A program made the translations under genes and the position numbers. The notes under the pieces were generated by a model. It made no database searches. It was given only the letters and a program-made list of their open reading frames with translations, and was not told the DNA's origin. Shown in pieces: positions 20,292 to 30,294 of a DNA stretch of 64,000 nt (position 1 is its first letter; every line of letters starts with the position of its first letter). This stretch comes from Parcubacteria group bacterium Greene0416_36 (lineage in GTDB: Bacteria > Patescibacteriota > Patescibacteriia > VMEV01): the NCBI GenBank assembly GCA_007375725.1, contig VMEV01000002.1:45992-109991 (forward strand), written 5' to 3'.

Positions 20292-20864
20292 ATGAGACAA
20301 AAAATATTTTTGTCTTCGGCCTCGGGAACCCTCTCCGCCACGGAAAGCTTGGTGGCTGTTGCCCGGTTTTTGTCGGGCGAGGGGCATCATCTTTTCTCCG
20401 ACCGAGACGCTCTCTCTGCAGCCCACCACTCGATCATTCTCTCTTCCGCTCTGGGAGATTCGCCACGAGAGATTGCGGGGCTGATGGATGCCTTTGTTTT
20501 TGAGGCCTCCGGAATGGATTTTGAAAAAGGTCTGTGGATGGCGTGGGCGGCGCTTGAAAGGAAGCCCGTTCTGGTTCTCGTGCCAAAAGGCAAACAAGCA
20601 AGTAGTTCTTTACGGGAATGGGAAAAATCATCGGATTTTTGTTCCCGCGTGGCGTATTATAGCCGCCATAATATCAAAGCGGTCGTGGCCGGTTTTCTCC
20701 AGTCCTTGGCTTTTTTCACCGAACGGGAAAATTCGGTGAAATTCACCCTCCGCGTTCAGCCCAAGCTTTTGGGCCATTTGCGCGGCAAGGCCCATCGAAT
20801 GGGAATCACTTCGGCCCGACTTTTGCGGGATCTGATCCGTGAAGATTTTCTGAAATCCCTCTAA
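20292..20864 (+). CDS. Nucleoside-2-deoxyribosyltransferase-like domain plus C-terminal ribbon-helix-helix (probable one-component regulator)
   Basis: DAFVFEAS...G..MAWA...KPVLVL, then KFTLRV...A..MGITSARLLRDLI. Confidence 0.55.
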   Translation: MRQKIFLSSASGTLSATESLVAVARFLSGEGHHLFSDRDALSAAHHSIILSSALGDSPREIAGLMDAFVFEASGMDFEKGLWMAWAALERKPVLVLVPKGKQASSSLREWEKSSDFCSRVAYYSRHNIKAVVAGFLQSLAFFTERENSVKFTLRVQPKLLGHLRGKAHRMGITSARLLRDLIREDFLKSL

Positions 20865-21004
20865 AAAGTTGAAAGCCTGTATCGTTGATACAGGCTTATA
20901 TTTTTCCGGTGTTTTATGACACATTTTTTTCTCCTTTAAAAGAACTTTTTTGTTTATCCTGATTTTATCAGCCAATCCTCTCCCCACAAGCAAGACTGGC
21001 TGTT

Positions 21005-21238
21005 TCAGGCGCTGATCGTGACCGGGTCGAGTATGTCGAAACTTTTTTCCACAAAGGCCTTTGTTGCGGTGATATCATCCCCTGTTATGTCAGCCATTGT
21101 CGCAATGGCTTGTTTGTGGTACAAGGCTCCTTTATCAAAGACTGCCTTGAGTTGAGCGATTATTTGCGTATCGAGAGCATTGGCTGATCCGCTCATTATT
21201 CTCACCAATGTATTATATTTAACTGTAGGTATACCCAT
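21005..21238 (-). CDS. Small orphan protein (77 aa)
   Basis: ATG preceded by AAAGGAG; divergent from 21410. Confidence 0.55.
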   Translation of the reverse strand: MGIPTVKYNTLVRIMSGSANALDTQIIAQLKAVFDKGALYHKQAIATMADITGDDITATKAFVEKSFDILDPVTISA

Positions 21239-21409
21239 TGCAGTCTCCTTTCAAGGAGAGCCATTTAAAATAACTCCAATTTACAAGTTTCATTACAGGC
21301 TATATTATAAGTTTTTTTGTGTCAAGTTGCAAAATGTGGATAAAAGTATTAAGTTTTCCTATTCGGGATTGTTATTTTTAAATATATTTTTTTTGTCTGG
21401 AGAGTTTTT

Positions 21410-22531
21410 ATGTCTGATTTATACGATAGATCATCAGCTATTTTGTCAAGTTTAAAGGTTACGAATGTCAGCAAAGGTCAGAAAATTAGGATGTTTTTTG
21501 CTGAAATTGTACAGTTTTATGTTTGGAGTGTGTTACCACCTGGTAAGTGTGCGTTGAGAATTCCAGAGAATTATAGATCAGGCGAGAAATTTAGTGACTT
21601 TAATCGTCTGAATTTGAAAGAGGCGGTTATTGCATTTCGTAAGATTTTTTTTGAAGAAGGAGGGTATCAGTGTTTATGGCCGCGGTGCTCTTATAGAGCA
21701 GAACATGGATTTGTTCTCAAGCTGGGCTATAAAGAAATGTTACGGAAGATTTTCCACTGGCATCAGGAACAAATTGAATCTGCGTCGATTGATGAGATTA
21801 TAGATTTTTTCGCTAAAATAGAAGAGGAGGAAAAACATCAGAAAAAGTCGATAGCCTGTCCTCATTGCCGTTGGTCGATGACCGCTATCTATTCGGAAGA
21901 AACTGTGGCTGAATATATTGATAAAGAGCTGAATTTTGATGTCCCTCCGGAAGATAAAACAAAGTTTTATCCGGTTTGGTCTACGATGGGGGATCCTTAT
22001 GACAATCGTATCTGTGGACTTTGTTTTGGGGCGATTACAATTAGGCAAATGTTTTCCTTCCTCTTTGTAAGAGAAGAATATAATTCGACGCATCTTCTGA
22101 ATGCTGGGATATTATATGCTAAGAGGCTCAAAACATTTTGGGATACCAAAAAATTGAATGCTTTGATGCCTTTTGCTTTGGTTTATATTCTTGGGACGAC
22201 ATTGGATTATCGAAATCGTGCCGCAAAAGATAATCAATTGGGATTGGAGCCAATTATTTTTTTGACACACCATATCATGTACCATGCTCAGAAAAATGGA
22301 AATAATTGGTTATTTTTGGCGACTAGAGATAAATCTTTGCTGGGCATTTTATCGGCGGCTGGATTTGAAGCGGTTCCTTCTCTTCCAGATGAACCTAGAG
22401 AATTTGCTTTGGAAGAGCAATGGACCATTCTCTATCATTCAGATGTCGGATCATTATTAGCTGTTGTGCAAAATACAAAACCCTCTGAATTCGCTCATCT
22501 GTTAAAAATGTGCGGGAAAGCATTCCACTAA
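21410..22531 (+). CDS. Divergent GNAT-like protein with Zn-ribbon-like insertion
   Basis: C-x4-C and CPHC motifs, ICGLCFG strand, ILGTTLDYRNR (motif-A-like), LFLAT...AAGF. Fold call is inference. Confidence 0.45.
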   Translation: MSDLYDRSSAILSSLKVTNVSKGQKIRMFFAEIVQFYVWSVLPPGKCALRIPENYRSGEKFSDFNRLNLKEAVIAFRKIFFEEGGYQCLWPRCSYRAEHGFVLKLGYKEMLRKIFHWHQEQIESASIDEIIDFFAKIEEEEKHQKKSIACPHCRWSMTAIYSEETVAEYIDKELNFDVPPEDKTKFYPVWSTMGDPYDNRICGLCFGAITIRQMFSFLFVREEYNSTHLLNAGILYAKRLKTFWDTKKLNALMPFALVYILGTTLDYRNRAAKDNQLGLEPIIFLTHHIMYHAQKNGNNWLFLATRDKSLLGILSAAGFEAVPSLPDEPREFALEEQWTILYHSDVGSLLAVVQNTKPSEFAHLLKMCGKAFH

Positions 22532-22751
22532 TGTTACTTATAACTAGTCCTAATAGGCTAGTTATTCTATTTTATAGCCAGCCCAGCTTGACTAAAATTC
22601 TGTCCAGTACCCGGAAAATTGGGCACGATTATAGGGATAAAAACCAAAATTAGTTCAACAAAATTGGAATTTTAAAAAAAAGTCCTAAGCCGGGCTTTTT
22701 TTATTGTGTTTTGTTTTGATTGCATTATAATGAAAAGATTTCATTATCTCT

Positions 22752-24386
22752 ATGAATTTGGTCTGGATATTTTCATTGATTGTTTCATTGGGGGCTTTTA
22801 TTTTAGGAGCCATTATTTTCTTGTATAAAAGCAAAAAAGGATCTAATTCGATCTTTGCATTGCTCTGTATCCTCTTAGGTTTTTGGTCTTTTTCTAATCT
22901 CCTTTCTTTTGGATCTTCAAATGACATTCAAATTTTATTCTGGTCTCAATTGACAATTGTCGGACCTTTTTTTGCCGGGCCTTTATTGTTCTTGTTTAGT
23001 ACGGTTTTTCCCGTACATCAGAGTATCTCAAGGAAATTTTTGTTTTATTTGTTTACGCCCGCTTTTCTTTCTTTGTTATTTGTTTTTTCGAGGTGGAATA
23101 TCTCGTCGGTATCTTCCGGCAATGAGTCACTTCAATTTGAACCCGGATTATTATATATCGTTTTGTTTATTTATCTCATGACTACGGTATCCGGCGCATT
23201 TTATAATTTGAGACTTTCATTTCTTCAGTCTGATGATACTTTAATCCGATCTCAAATTAAATTGGTTTCTTTGGGTTTCATCTGTTTGACCGCCCTAGGA
23301 GGGGGGACTAATTTGATTTCGCCTTTGTTTTTTGGAAATTCTCAAGGCTCTATTTGGGGGCCGCCTGTCTCTTTGTTTTTATTCATTATCTTTATCGGCC
23401 TCGCCATTCTTCGATACCGATTCCTTAATATCAGATTAATTTCCGTTCATGCCATTTCATTTTTCATCGCCTTTATTTTATTGTTTCAGGCTTTTTTTTC
23501 CGTGTCTGGCTTGGAATTGGCCTTCCGATTTTTATTTTTTATCATTGTTTCGATTTTATTGTTCTTCTTGTCCCGCTCCGTCGCGCATGAGATCAAAATC
23601 AAAAACGAATTAGCAAATTTGAACGTGGAATTGTCCCGGACAAACCGGAAGCTTGAGAATTTGAATAACCGTCTGCAGGTTTTGGATATCGCGAAATCCG
23701 AGTTCGTCTCTATCGCATCTCATCAGCTCCGGACGCCGCTGACTGTCATGAAGGGCTATCTGTCCATGATCGGCGAAGGGGTTTTTGGGCCGATGTCGTC
23801 TCGGCCGCTGCGAGACGTGATGAATAAAATGACGCGGAGTACGGACCGCTTGATCGATCTGGTCAATGATCTGCTCAATGTCTCGCATATCGAGAGCGGC
23901 AAGCTGGATTTGTATTGGGAGCACTTGGATGTTGGGGAATTGGCCTCGTCCGTCGTATCGGATCTGGCACCCAGAGCCTCCGTGAAAAAAATTAATATTC
24001 AGCTCAATCGGCCTTCGTTTGTGGTGGGCAAAGTTAAATCCGATGGCCGAAAATTGGCGGAAGTAATGACGAATTTGATCGATAATGCGATTAAATATTC
24101 TCCGGAGAATACGGTTGTGGATATCTTTGTCTATCAAAAATCAGGAGATGTCTTTTTTTCCGTCAGGGACCAAGGGATCGGTGTTGATCCCGCTAATATC
24201 GAGCGCTTGTTTCAGAAATTTTCTAGGATGGATGAGACTTATGTCACGAGGGTAGAGGGGTCGGGGCTGGGACTTTTTGTATGCAAAAAACTGATCGACA
24301 TGTTCGGCGGCCGTATTTGGGCTGAAAGCCGCGGCAAAGGCCACGGCTCCACTTTCACCTTTGCCCTGAAAGTTGTGGAATCATAA
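22752..24386 (+). CDS. Second 7TM-type sensor histidine kinase
   Basis: TM helices, AILRYRFLNI, SHQLRTPL, NLIDNAIKY, DQGIG and GSGLGL. Confidence 0.92.
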   Translation: MNLVWIFSLIVSLGAFILGAIIFLYKSKKGSNSIFALLCILLGFWSFSNLLSFGSSNDIQILFWSQLTIVGPFFAGPLLFLFSTVFPVHQSISRKFLFYLFTPAFLSLLFVFSRWNISSVSSGNESLQFEPGLLYIVLFIYLMTTVSGAFYNLRLSFLQSDDTLIRSQIKLVSLGFICLTALGGGTNLISPLFFGNSQGSIWGPPVSLFLFIIFIGLAILRYRFLNIRLISVHAISFFIAFILLFQAFFSVSGLELAFRFLFFIIVSILLFFLSRSVAHEIKIKNELANLNVELSRTNRKLENLNNRLQVLDIAKSEFVSIASHQLRTPLTVMKGYLSMIGEGVFGPMSSRPLRDVMNKMTRSTDRLIDLVNDLLNVSHIESGKLDLYWEHLDVGELASSVVSDLAPRASVKKINIQLNRPSFVVGKVKSDGRKLAEVMTNLIDNAIKYSPENTVVDIFVYQKSGDVFFSVRDQGIGVDPANIERLFQKFSRMDETYVTRVEGSGLGLFVCKKLIDMFGGRIWAESRGKGHGSTFTFALKVVES

Positions 24387-24476
24387 ATTTAGAATTTAGG
24401 TTATAATTGGATTATAATTTTCTTCTGTTGGCTATTTTTGTTGAATCCTGAATCCTTATTCCTAAACCCTAAACTT

Positions 24477-25919
24477 ATGAAACGTACCAAAATTGTCTGT
24501 ACCCTGGGCCCCTCTTCTTGGGATCCCTTAGTTCTGGAAAAAATGATACGAGCCGGCATGAATGTCGCGCGTATTAATTTTTCTCACGGGTCTTATTCAG
24601 ATCACGCGAGAATTATCCGAACCATACGAAGCGTGGCCAAAAAGTGCGGACAAGATATTTTGATCCTGCAGGACTTGCAGGGTCCGCGCATTCGCCTCGG
24701 CGATTTGCCCAGCGAGGGAGTTTCTGTTTCCAAAGGGGATCGAGTGGTTTTTGTGGGCGAGTCTCTATTCGCCGGCAATTATTCCGGAAAAAATAAAGAC
24801 TGCATCATTCCGATGCAGTATGAAAAACTCTATCAAGATCTGAAACCTAGAGACATGATTTTGGTCGAAGACGGGACTAAGCGGTTTGTCGTCGAGAAAA
24901 GTACAGCCTCTGGAATTATCACGAAAGTGGTGGTAGGTGGCGTGCTCAAAACGCACAAAGGCATGAATATGCCGGGAGTGGATCTCGGCGTGGATGTTAT
25001 TACCAAAAAAGATAAGGCTGATTTGGAATTCGGTCTCAAAATGGAAGTGGATTTTGTCGCACTCTCCTTTGTCCGAGATGCACGCGATATCCACAGGCTC
25101 GAATCCTTGATTCGCGCTTGTGATTCAAAAGCAAATCCGGGTATCATCGCCAAAATTGAGCGGGAAGAAGCCATTGCCAATCTTGATGAAATTATCAAGG
25201 CTGCCAGCGGCATCATGGTGGCGAGGGGCGATTTGGGCATTGAGCTGGCGGCCGAACGTGTGCCTCTCCTTCAGAAGGAAATCATCCATCGCTGCCGATT
25301 TTATGCAAAACCGGTGATTGTGGCCACGCAGATGCTTGATTCCATGATCGCCAATCCCCAGCCGACTCGAGCCGAGGTATCCGACGTGGCCAATGCGGTG
25401 ATCGACCGCTCAGATGCGGTAATGCTCTCCGGCGAGAGCGCGGCCGGGAAGTATCCGGTCGAAGCCGTCGAGATGATGGCTAGAATTATCCACGAAACCG
25501 AATCCTCGGAGGAAGACAATGCTGGCTGTGGGGAATTAGGCGATCCTCGCCTTTGGGATGAATTCCTCGCCTGGAGCGCTTTTCACGCCTTTAGCTGGCA
25601 CTTGGTGGACGCGATCGTCGTATTTGACGATACGGAATCCGGTTATCGGGCAGGCTGGGTGGCTCGTTATCGTCCCCGTGTTCCCATTCTGGTTTTTTCC
25701 AGAGATAAGCTCCTAGGCCGCCAGTCCCTCTTATTCCGCGGGGTACAATCTTATTCTTATCGCTGGGACTCTTGGGAGGAATGCCTCTCCAAAGCCTCTG
25801 GAATGATCTCCAAAGAGGGAATCCTCCCAAAAGGCTCCACCATCCTCTGTCTCGGCTCCGAACAGCACCCTGGCTTAAAATCCGGCTTCATGGACCGAAT
25901 GCAGTGGGTGAAGCTATAA
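24477..25919 (+). CDS. pyk: Pyruvate kinase
   Basis: RTKIVCTLGP, RINFSHG, IAKIE, MVARGDLG and ATQMLDSM. Confidence 0.96.
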   Translation: MKRTKIVCTLGPSSWDPLVLEKMIRAGMNVARINFSHGSYSDHARIIRTIRSVAKKCGQDILILQDLQGPRIRLGDLPSEGVSVSKGDRVVFVGESLFAGNYSGKNKDCIIPMQYEKLYQDLKPRDMILVEDGTKRFVVEKSTASGIITKVVVGGVLKTHKGMNMPGVDLGVDVITKKDKADLEFGLKMEVDFVALSFVRDARDIHRLESLIRACDSKANPGIIAKIEREEAIANLDEIIKAASGIMVARGDLGIELAAERVPLLQKEIIHRCRFYAKPVIVATQMLDSMIANPQPTRAEVSDVANAVIDRSDAVMLSGESAAGKYPVEAVEMMARIIHETESSEEDNAGCGELGDPRLWDEFLAWSAFHAFSWHLVDAIVVFDDTESGYRAGWVARYRPRVPILVFSRDKLLGRQSLLFRGVQSYSYRWDSWEECLSKASGMISKEGILPKGSTILCLGSEQHPGLKSGFMDRMQWVKL

Positions 25920-25924
25920 ACAAC

Positions 25925-26024
25925 AAAAAAGGCATTAGGTTATTAGGTATTAGCTTCTTAGGAACAACAGAAACCGTGGCTGTTTCCTAATAAGCTAATG
26001 GCCTAACGCCTAATGCCTTTTTTT
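25925..26024. repeat. Inverted heptamer-repeat fold-back between pyk and rnj (probable bidirectional terminator)
   Basis: (xxATTAG)n arm pairs with a (CTAAxxx)n arm; flanked by A and T tracts. Confidence 0.7.
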
Positions 26025-26027
26025 GAG

Positions 26028-27959
26028 TTAAACCTCAATAATCACTGGCAATACCAGCGGCCGCCGCTGAGTTTTGGTATAGAGGAATTGGCCGATTTCA
26101 TTGCGAATTTTTGATTTGAGATAGGTCTCATCCGCTGCGGATTTCGGATCTTTGTCTTCGAGTAATTTCTTGATTTTAAGCCGTGTCTGCTCAATGAGTT
26201 TTTTATTCTCTTTCATATAAACAAAGCCTCGGGAGATGATATCGGGACTGCCGATCAATTCGCCGGTTTTTTGAGCGACCGTGGCGATGATCACGCACAT
26301 GCCGTCTTCAGCCATTTGTTTTCGGTCGCGGAGCACGACATGATTGACATCGTCTACGCCTAACCCGTCGACAAATACATATTCGGCTGGGAGTCGGGTG
26401 GAGGTGAGGTGGCCGATGTCGCGCGTGAACTCCATAACTTGTCCGTTTTCAGCCACGATAATGCGTCCTTCATGGATACCCACTTCTCGGGCCGCCTGGG
26501 CATGAGCCTCAAGCTTAAACCGAGTGGCTTCAATGGGCACGAGGTATCGGGGCCGTATGAGGCGCATCATGAGTTTGAGATCTTCTTTTTTTGCGTGACC
26601 TCCGGCATGCACGTCCATCATTTCTGTATGAATGATCTTTGCTCCTTGTTTGCAGAAAGTGTCTTTGAGATTCTGAACCGTGCGTTCATTGCCCGGAATC
26701 ACGGAAGAGGAGAAAATGACAGTATCGCCTTTTTTGATCGAAAGGAATTTATGTTCGCCATTGGCAAAACGCATGAGGAAGGCACGGTCTTGCCCCTGAG
26801 CTCCGGTGCCGATGACCAAGAGCCGGTTGTCGGGCACATGCTGGGCGTCCTTGGCGTCTTCCAAGAGCTGTCCGGGGGCAAGTTTGAGATATCCGAGTTT
26901 GTGGCAGATATCCACGTTATTGACCATGGATCGGCCTTCAAATAATACTTTTCGGTTGTATTTGGCGGCCAGGTCAATGAGGATTTGCAGACGTGCTATC
27001 TGGGAGGCAAAGGTTCCCACCACGATACGCCCCGGAGCGTTGTTGAAAATAATATCCATGTCTCGCTTGACGTCGGATTCGGAGATTTGATAGCCCTCCT
27101 GATCCGCGTTGGTGCTGTCGAGCAGCAATGCCAAGACCCCTTCATTGCCGAACGAAGCATATTTGCCGAGATTAGCGGGCAGGTCCGGAGCGATGGGCGA
27201 AAAGTCGATTTTGAAGTCCGCGGAGTGGAGCACCAGTCCTGCGGGCGTGTACACGGCAATACCAAAAGTATCTGGAATCGTATGGTTGACTCGGAAGAAT
27301 TCGATTTGAAAATGTTTGCCCAGCTTGATTCTAGATTTTTCGTCTACCAAGGTAATATTGTAGGGCGGAATATCTTTGAAATCTTCGTGCCGCTGATTGA
27401 TCAGGCCTGCTGTGAGCTTTCCGGTGAATATAGGAGGATTTCCAAGCCGTGGAATCAAATGAGGAATCGCTCCGATATGATCGTAGTGGCCGTGAGTGAT
27501 GACCACTCCTCGGAGCCGGTCTTCCTTTCCCTTGAGATAGGAGATATCTGGAATGACATAATCAATCCCCAACATGGCTTCTTCCGGAAACTGAAGACCC
27601 ATATCAATGATGATGATATCGTCTTCATATTCCATGAGAGTCATGTTACGTCCGATTTCCTCGAGCCCTCCCATGACCGCGATTTTGAGTTTTCCTCCTT
27701 TGTATTCTCCGAAATCATATTTCAGGAGAGAGCGGGAGAGTTTTGGCGCGGCGATATCGCCCGCGGGTTGGGTCTGTGTATATTCTCTGGGGCGATAGAC
27801 TTCCGCGTTGCGGTTGGCTCCATGATAGTTGTTTTGCGCGGCTCCTTGTCTTGGCGCCGAATTGGGCTTATATGCTTTTCGTAGCTGGGGCTGAACCGTG
27901 AAAGGATCAACCTCGGGTTTTTGGCTATTGTTAATAGGTTCTTGTTTTGCGTCTAACAT
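26028..27959 (-). CDS. rnj: Ribonuclease J
   Basis: GGLEEIGRNM, THGHYDHIGA, NHTIPD, DFKID and VHAGGHA; low-complexity N-terminal extension. Confidence 0.95.
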   Translation of the reverse strand: MLDAKQEPINNSQKPEVDPFTVQPQLRKAYKPNSAPRQGAAQNNYHGANRNAEVYRPREYTQTQPAGDIAAPKLSRSLLKYDFGEYKGGKLKIAVMGGLEEIGRNMTLMEYEDDIIIIDMGLQFPEEAMLGIDYVIPDISYLKGKEDRLRGVVITHGHYDHIGAIPHLIPRLGNPPIFTGKLTAGLINQRHEDFKDIPPYNITLVDEKSRIKLGKHFQIEFFRVNHTIPDTFGIAVYTPAGLVLHSADFKIDFSPIAPDLPANLGKYASFGNEGVLALLLDSTNADQEGYQISESDVKRDMDIIFNNAPGRIVVGTFASQIARLQILIDLAAKYNRKVLFEGRSMVNNVDICHKLGYLKLAPGQLLEDAKDAQHVPDNRLLVIGTGAQGQDRAFLMRFANGEHKFLSIKKGDTVIFSSSVIPGNERTVQNLKDTFCKQGAKIIHTEMMDVHAGGHAKKEDLKLMMRLIRPRYLVPIEATRFKLEAHAQAAREVGIHEGRIIVAENGQVMEFTRDIGHLTSTRLPAEYVFVDGLGVDDVNHVVLRDRKQMAEDGMCVIIATVAQKTGELIGSPDIISRGFVYMKENKKLIEQTRLKIKKLLEDKDPKSAADETYLKSKIRNEIGQFLYTKTQRRPLVLPVIIEV

Positions 27960-28177
27960 AAGTACTATAAATAGATTGTCAAAATGAATTGATCAATTAA
28001 TTAAAAAATCATTCTTAAATCAAAAGAAAAAAATTGATTTCCCGCCAGAGGCGGACAATCGTCGTTTTTTTATAAAAAAATAATGGGCTAATATCAGCCG
28101 AAATAAGCTGATACAAGCTATTTTTTGAGAGTGAATGATTAAGAGAGTATATCACGTTCTATGGAAAAATCAATGGG

Positions 28178-28261
28178 TGCTGGCGGCCGGATTTGAACCG
28201 ACATGATCGAGCGATCGCTAGTCTCTGAAACTAGTGTGTCTACCAATTCCACCACGCCAGC
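28178..28261 (-). tRNA. tRNA-Leu(CAG)
   Basis: Acceptor stem GCTGGCG/CGCCAGC, D loop GGAATTGGTAGAC, anticodon arm CTAGT-TTCAGAG-ACTAG, long variable arm, GTTCAAATC T loop. Confidence 0.95.
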
Positions 28262-28262
28262 T

Positions 28263-28310
28263 TAATTTCTTGGTAAGGGCGTATTGCAATACGCCCTTAC
28301 CAAGAAATTA
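28263..28310. repeat. REP palindrome GTAAGGGCGTATTGCAATACGCCCTTAC with 10-bp symmetric flanks
   Basis: Core is identical to the copies at 41268-41295 and 41569-41596 in and next to the RAYT gene. Confidence 0.9.
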
Positions 28311-30290
28311 TTTCCAAACTCGTTTTGTTTCAATATACCACTCACTGAGATTATTAAACCGGTCGCTGGGTTTGACGATATGATCGATATCGAAATTCTT
28401 GATGTCGTTCGACAAAATGTAGTTGTAGGTGGGGCTGTAAAGAAACAGCGCGGGAATTTCCCCCGATAGAATCTCTAGAAACTGTTTATATAATACTTCT
28501 CTCTGTGTCAAATCTTGATTTTGACGGGCATCGATGATAAGTTTATCGGCATTTTTGTCGGCAAAAGAGGTGAGGTTAAGTCCGGGGTCCTTGGCTTGAG
28601 AAGAATGCCAAAAAGCATAAGGATCGGGATCCAATCCGATATTTTGACCGTAGAGGAGGGCCTCATACTGCCGTTTTTTGATGATTTCTTTTTGTATTTT
28701 TGGGGCGTCAAATAATTTGAGCTCTACCTGCGCTCCAATTTTTTCCCAATAGTCTCGGATCAGTTCTGCTGCTTTTTTGTTTTCCGGATGATCTACCGTT
28801 GTAAGAGAGATGGAAAGAATATGGCCGTCTTTTTCACGGAAAAACTCTTGAGATATGGAGGGAGTTGCTGAATTTTCTAGAAAGGGTTCGAGTTCCTGAT
28901 CGGGTATGTTTTTGGGGTCTTTATCTGACAGTGCGGCGGGGAGGGTTTTATCTTTTTCCGAATCTTTTTTTGCGGCGAAGTTTTTTTCCATCCGGGTTCG
29001 GAGCTGTTTTATCGCTTGTTTTTTTTGCCTGTCTTTATACTCCTGCTGTGATATTTTCTGATATCCCGCCTCTTCGAGTAATTGATTGGCTTTTTGGGGA
29101 TCATAGGAGTCAGAGGGGGTTTGGGGGCCAAGAGATAAGAGGGGGTTATCAATCATTTTTCCTTGTTCTTCCAGCGCATAGTCAATGATTTTTTGTTTAG
29201 AAATCGCAAGTGACAGGGCCTGCCGGACGGTTTTGTTCTGGAGAATATTATTTTGATCTTGGTTGAAAAAAATGGCGGTATATTGAGGGAATGAGAGGGG
29301 GTGGGTAATCAAATGTTGGTTGCCCCTGATTGAGTCTTGTTCTTTTTGAGGCAAGAAATTGATGCCGTCGATTGTGCCATTTTGTATAGCGAGAGTGAGG
29401 TCGGTGGTATTTGCGAAAAAACGGAATTCAATTTTCTCTAGATAGGGTCTCTCTCCGTAAAAATTATCATTTCGGACTAGCGTATAAGATAAAATGGTTC
29501 CTTTCTTGTCTTTTTCTAGGGAATCAAACTTCCAAGGTCCGGAACCGATAGGTTTGCGATTATATTCCACGAGTTTCCAGTTTACAGCTGGGATTTCAGC
29601 CCAAATATGTTTGGGCAAAATCCCGAAAGTCAGGAGAGTGGGAAAAGGGGCGAAGGGCTTTTTGAGGGAAAATTTGAGCGTGTGGGGATCGATTTTTTGA
29701 TATTCTACTCCCCTGAGGCTTAGAAATAAAGGGCTTTGATAGGCCGGATCTAAAATGGCGTCAAGAGTAGCCACGACATCATCGGCATTAAATTTAGCCC
29801 CATCATGCCAATAGACATCTTGGCGCAGAGTGAGGGTGTAGATCAGGGAATCACTGGATATCTCGTAGTCGAGAGCCAGATCGGGTACGAGTTCTTGTTC
29901 TTTATTATATTTGAGCAATCCTGAATACACGAGGGAAGAGATATCATTGTCGATATCGCTGGTTTGAGAGAAGAGCGGATTCAAATAGAGCGGCGTGCCG
30001 ATGCTTCCTTCCGTATATTTGCCTCCCGATTGGGCGACTAGTTGTGTCCGGTTTAATATAAAAGAGGCTCCGATATAGGCGAAGCTCAACACAATAATAG
30101 AGAGCAGTATTTTTAACAGCAGATTTTCTCGGCGTGATAGAATTTTGGGCGTGCTGCGAATCTGTTTCCAAGTGGGAATTTTTTTTCTTTCCAAAAGCAT
30201 GCGTATGGCATGGTCTTCTTGTTTTGTCTCATCGCTGGTCTCGACTGTCCTAGAAAATCTGTTGGGATTGAATCGGTCAAAAATTGCCAC
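28308..30290 (-). CDS. ABC transporter substrate-binding protein, family 5 (OppA/DppA-like), membrane-anchored
   Basis: LNPL, YSGLL, PDLA, WHDG..F.ADDV and PIGSGPW motifs; GTG start at 30290 chosen to avoid overlap with secG. Confidence 0.88.
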   Translation of the reverse strand: MAIFDRFNPNRFSRTVETSDETKQEDHAIRMLLERKKIPTWKQIRSTPKILSRRENLLLKILLSIIVLSFAYIGASFILNRTQLVAQSGGKYTEGSIGTPLYLNPLFSQTSDIDNDISSLVYSGLLKYNKEQELVPDLALDYEISSDSLIYTLTLRQDVYWHDGAKFNADDVVATLDAILDPAYQSPLFLSLRGVEYQKIDPHTLKFSLKKPFAPFPTLLTFGILPKHIWAEIPAVNWKLVEYNRKPIGSGPWKFDSLEKDKKGTILSYTLVRNDNFYGERPYLEKIEFRFFANTTDLTLAIQNGTIDGINFLPQKEQDSIRGNQHLITHPLSFPQYTAIFFNQDQNNILQNKTVRQALSLAISKQKIIDYALEEQGKMIDNPLLSLGPQTPSDSYDPQKANQLLEEAGYQKISQQEYKDRQKKQAIKQLRTRMEKNFAAKKDSEKDKTLPAALSDKDPKNIPDQELEPFLENSATPSISQEFFREKDGHILSISLTTVDHPENKKAAELIRDYWEKIGAQVELKLFDAPKIQKEIIKKRQYEALLYGQNIGLDPDPYAFWHSSQAKDPGLNLTSFADKNADKLIIDARQNQDLTQREVLYKQFLEILSGEIPALFLYSPTYNYILSNDIKNFDIDHIVKPSDRFNNLSEWYIETKRVWK

Positions 30291-30294
30291 AGAT

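Noticed and set aside
26985-27884. Long antisense ORFs (this one, 845-1687, 15219-15974, 55169-55933)
   Set aside because: They shadow well-supported genes on the opposite strand and have no motifs.
28178-28310. tRNA-Leu as an integration site
   Set aside because: No duplicated tRNA 3' end or integrase seen; flanking genes are housekeeping.
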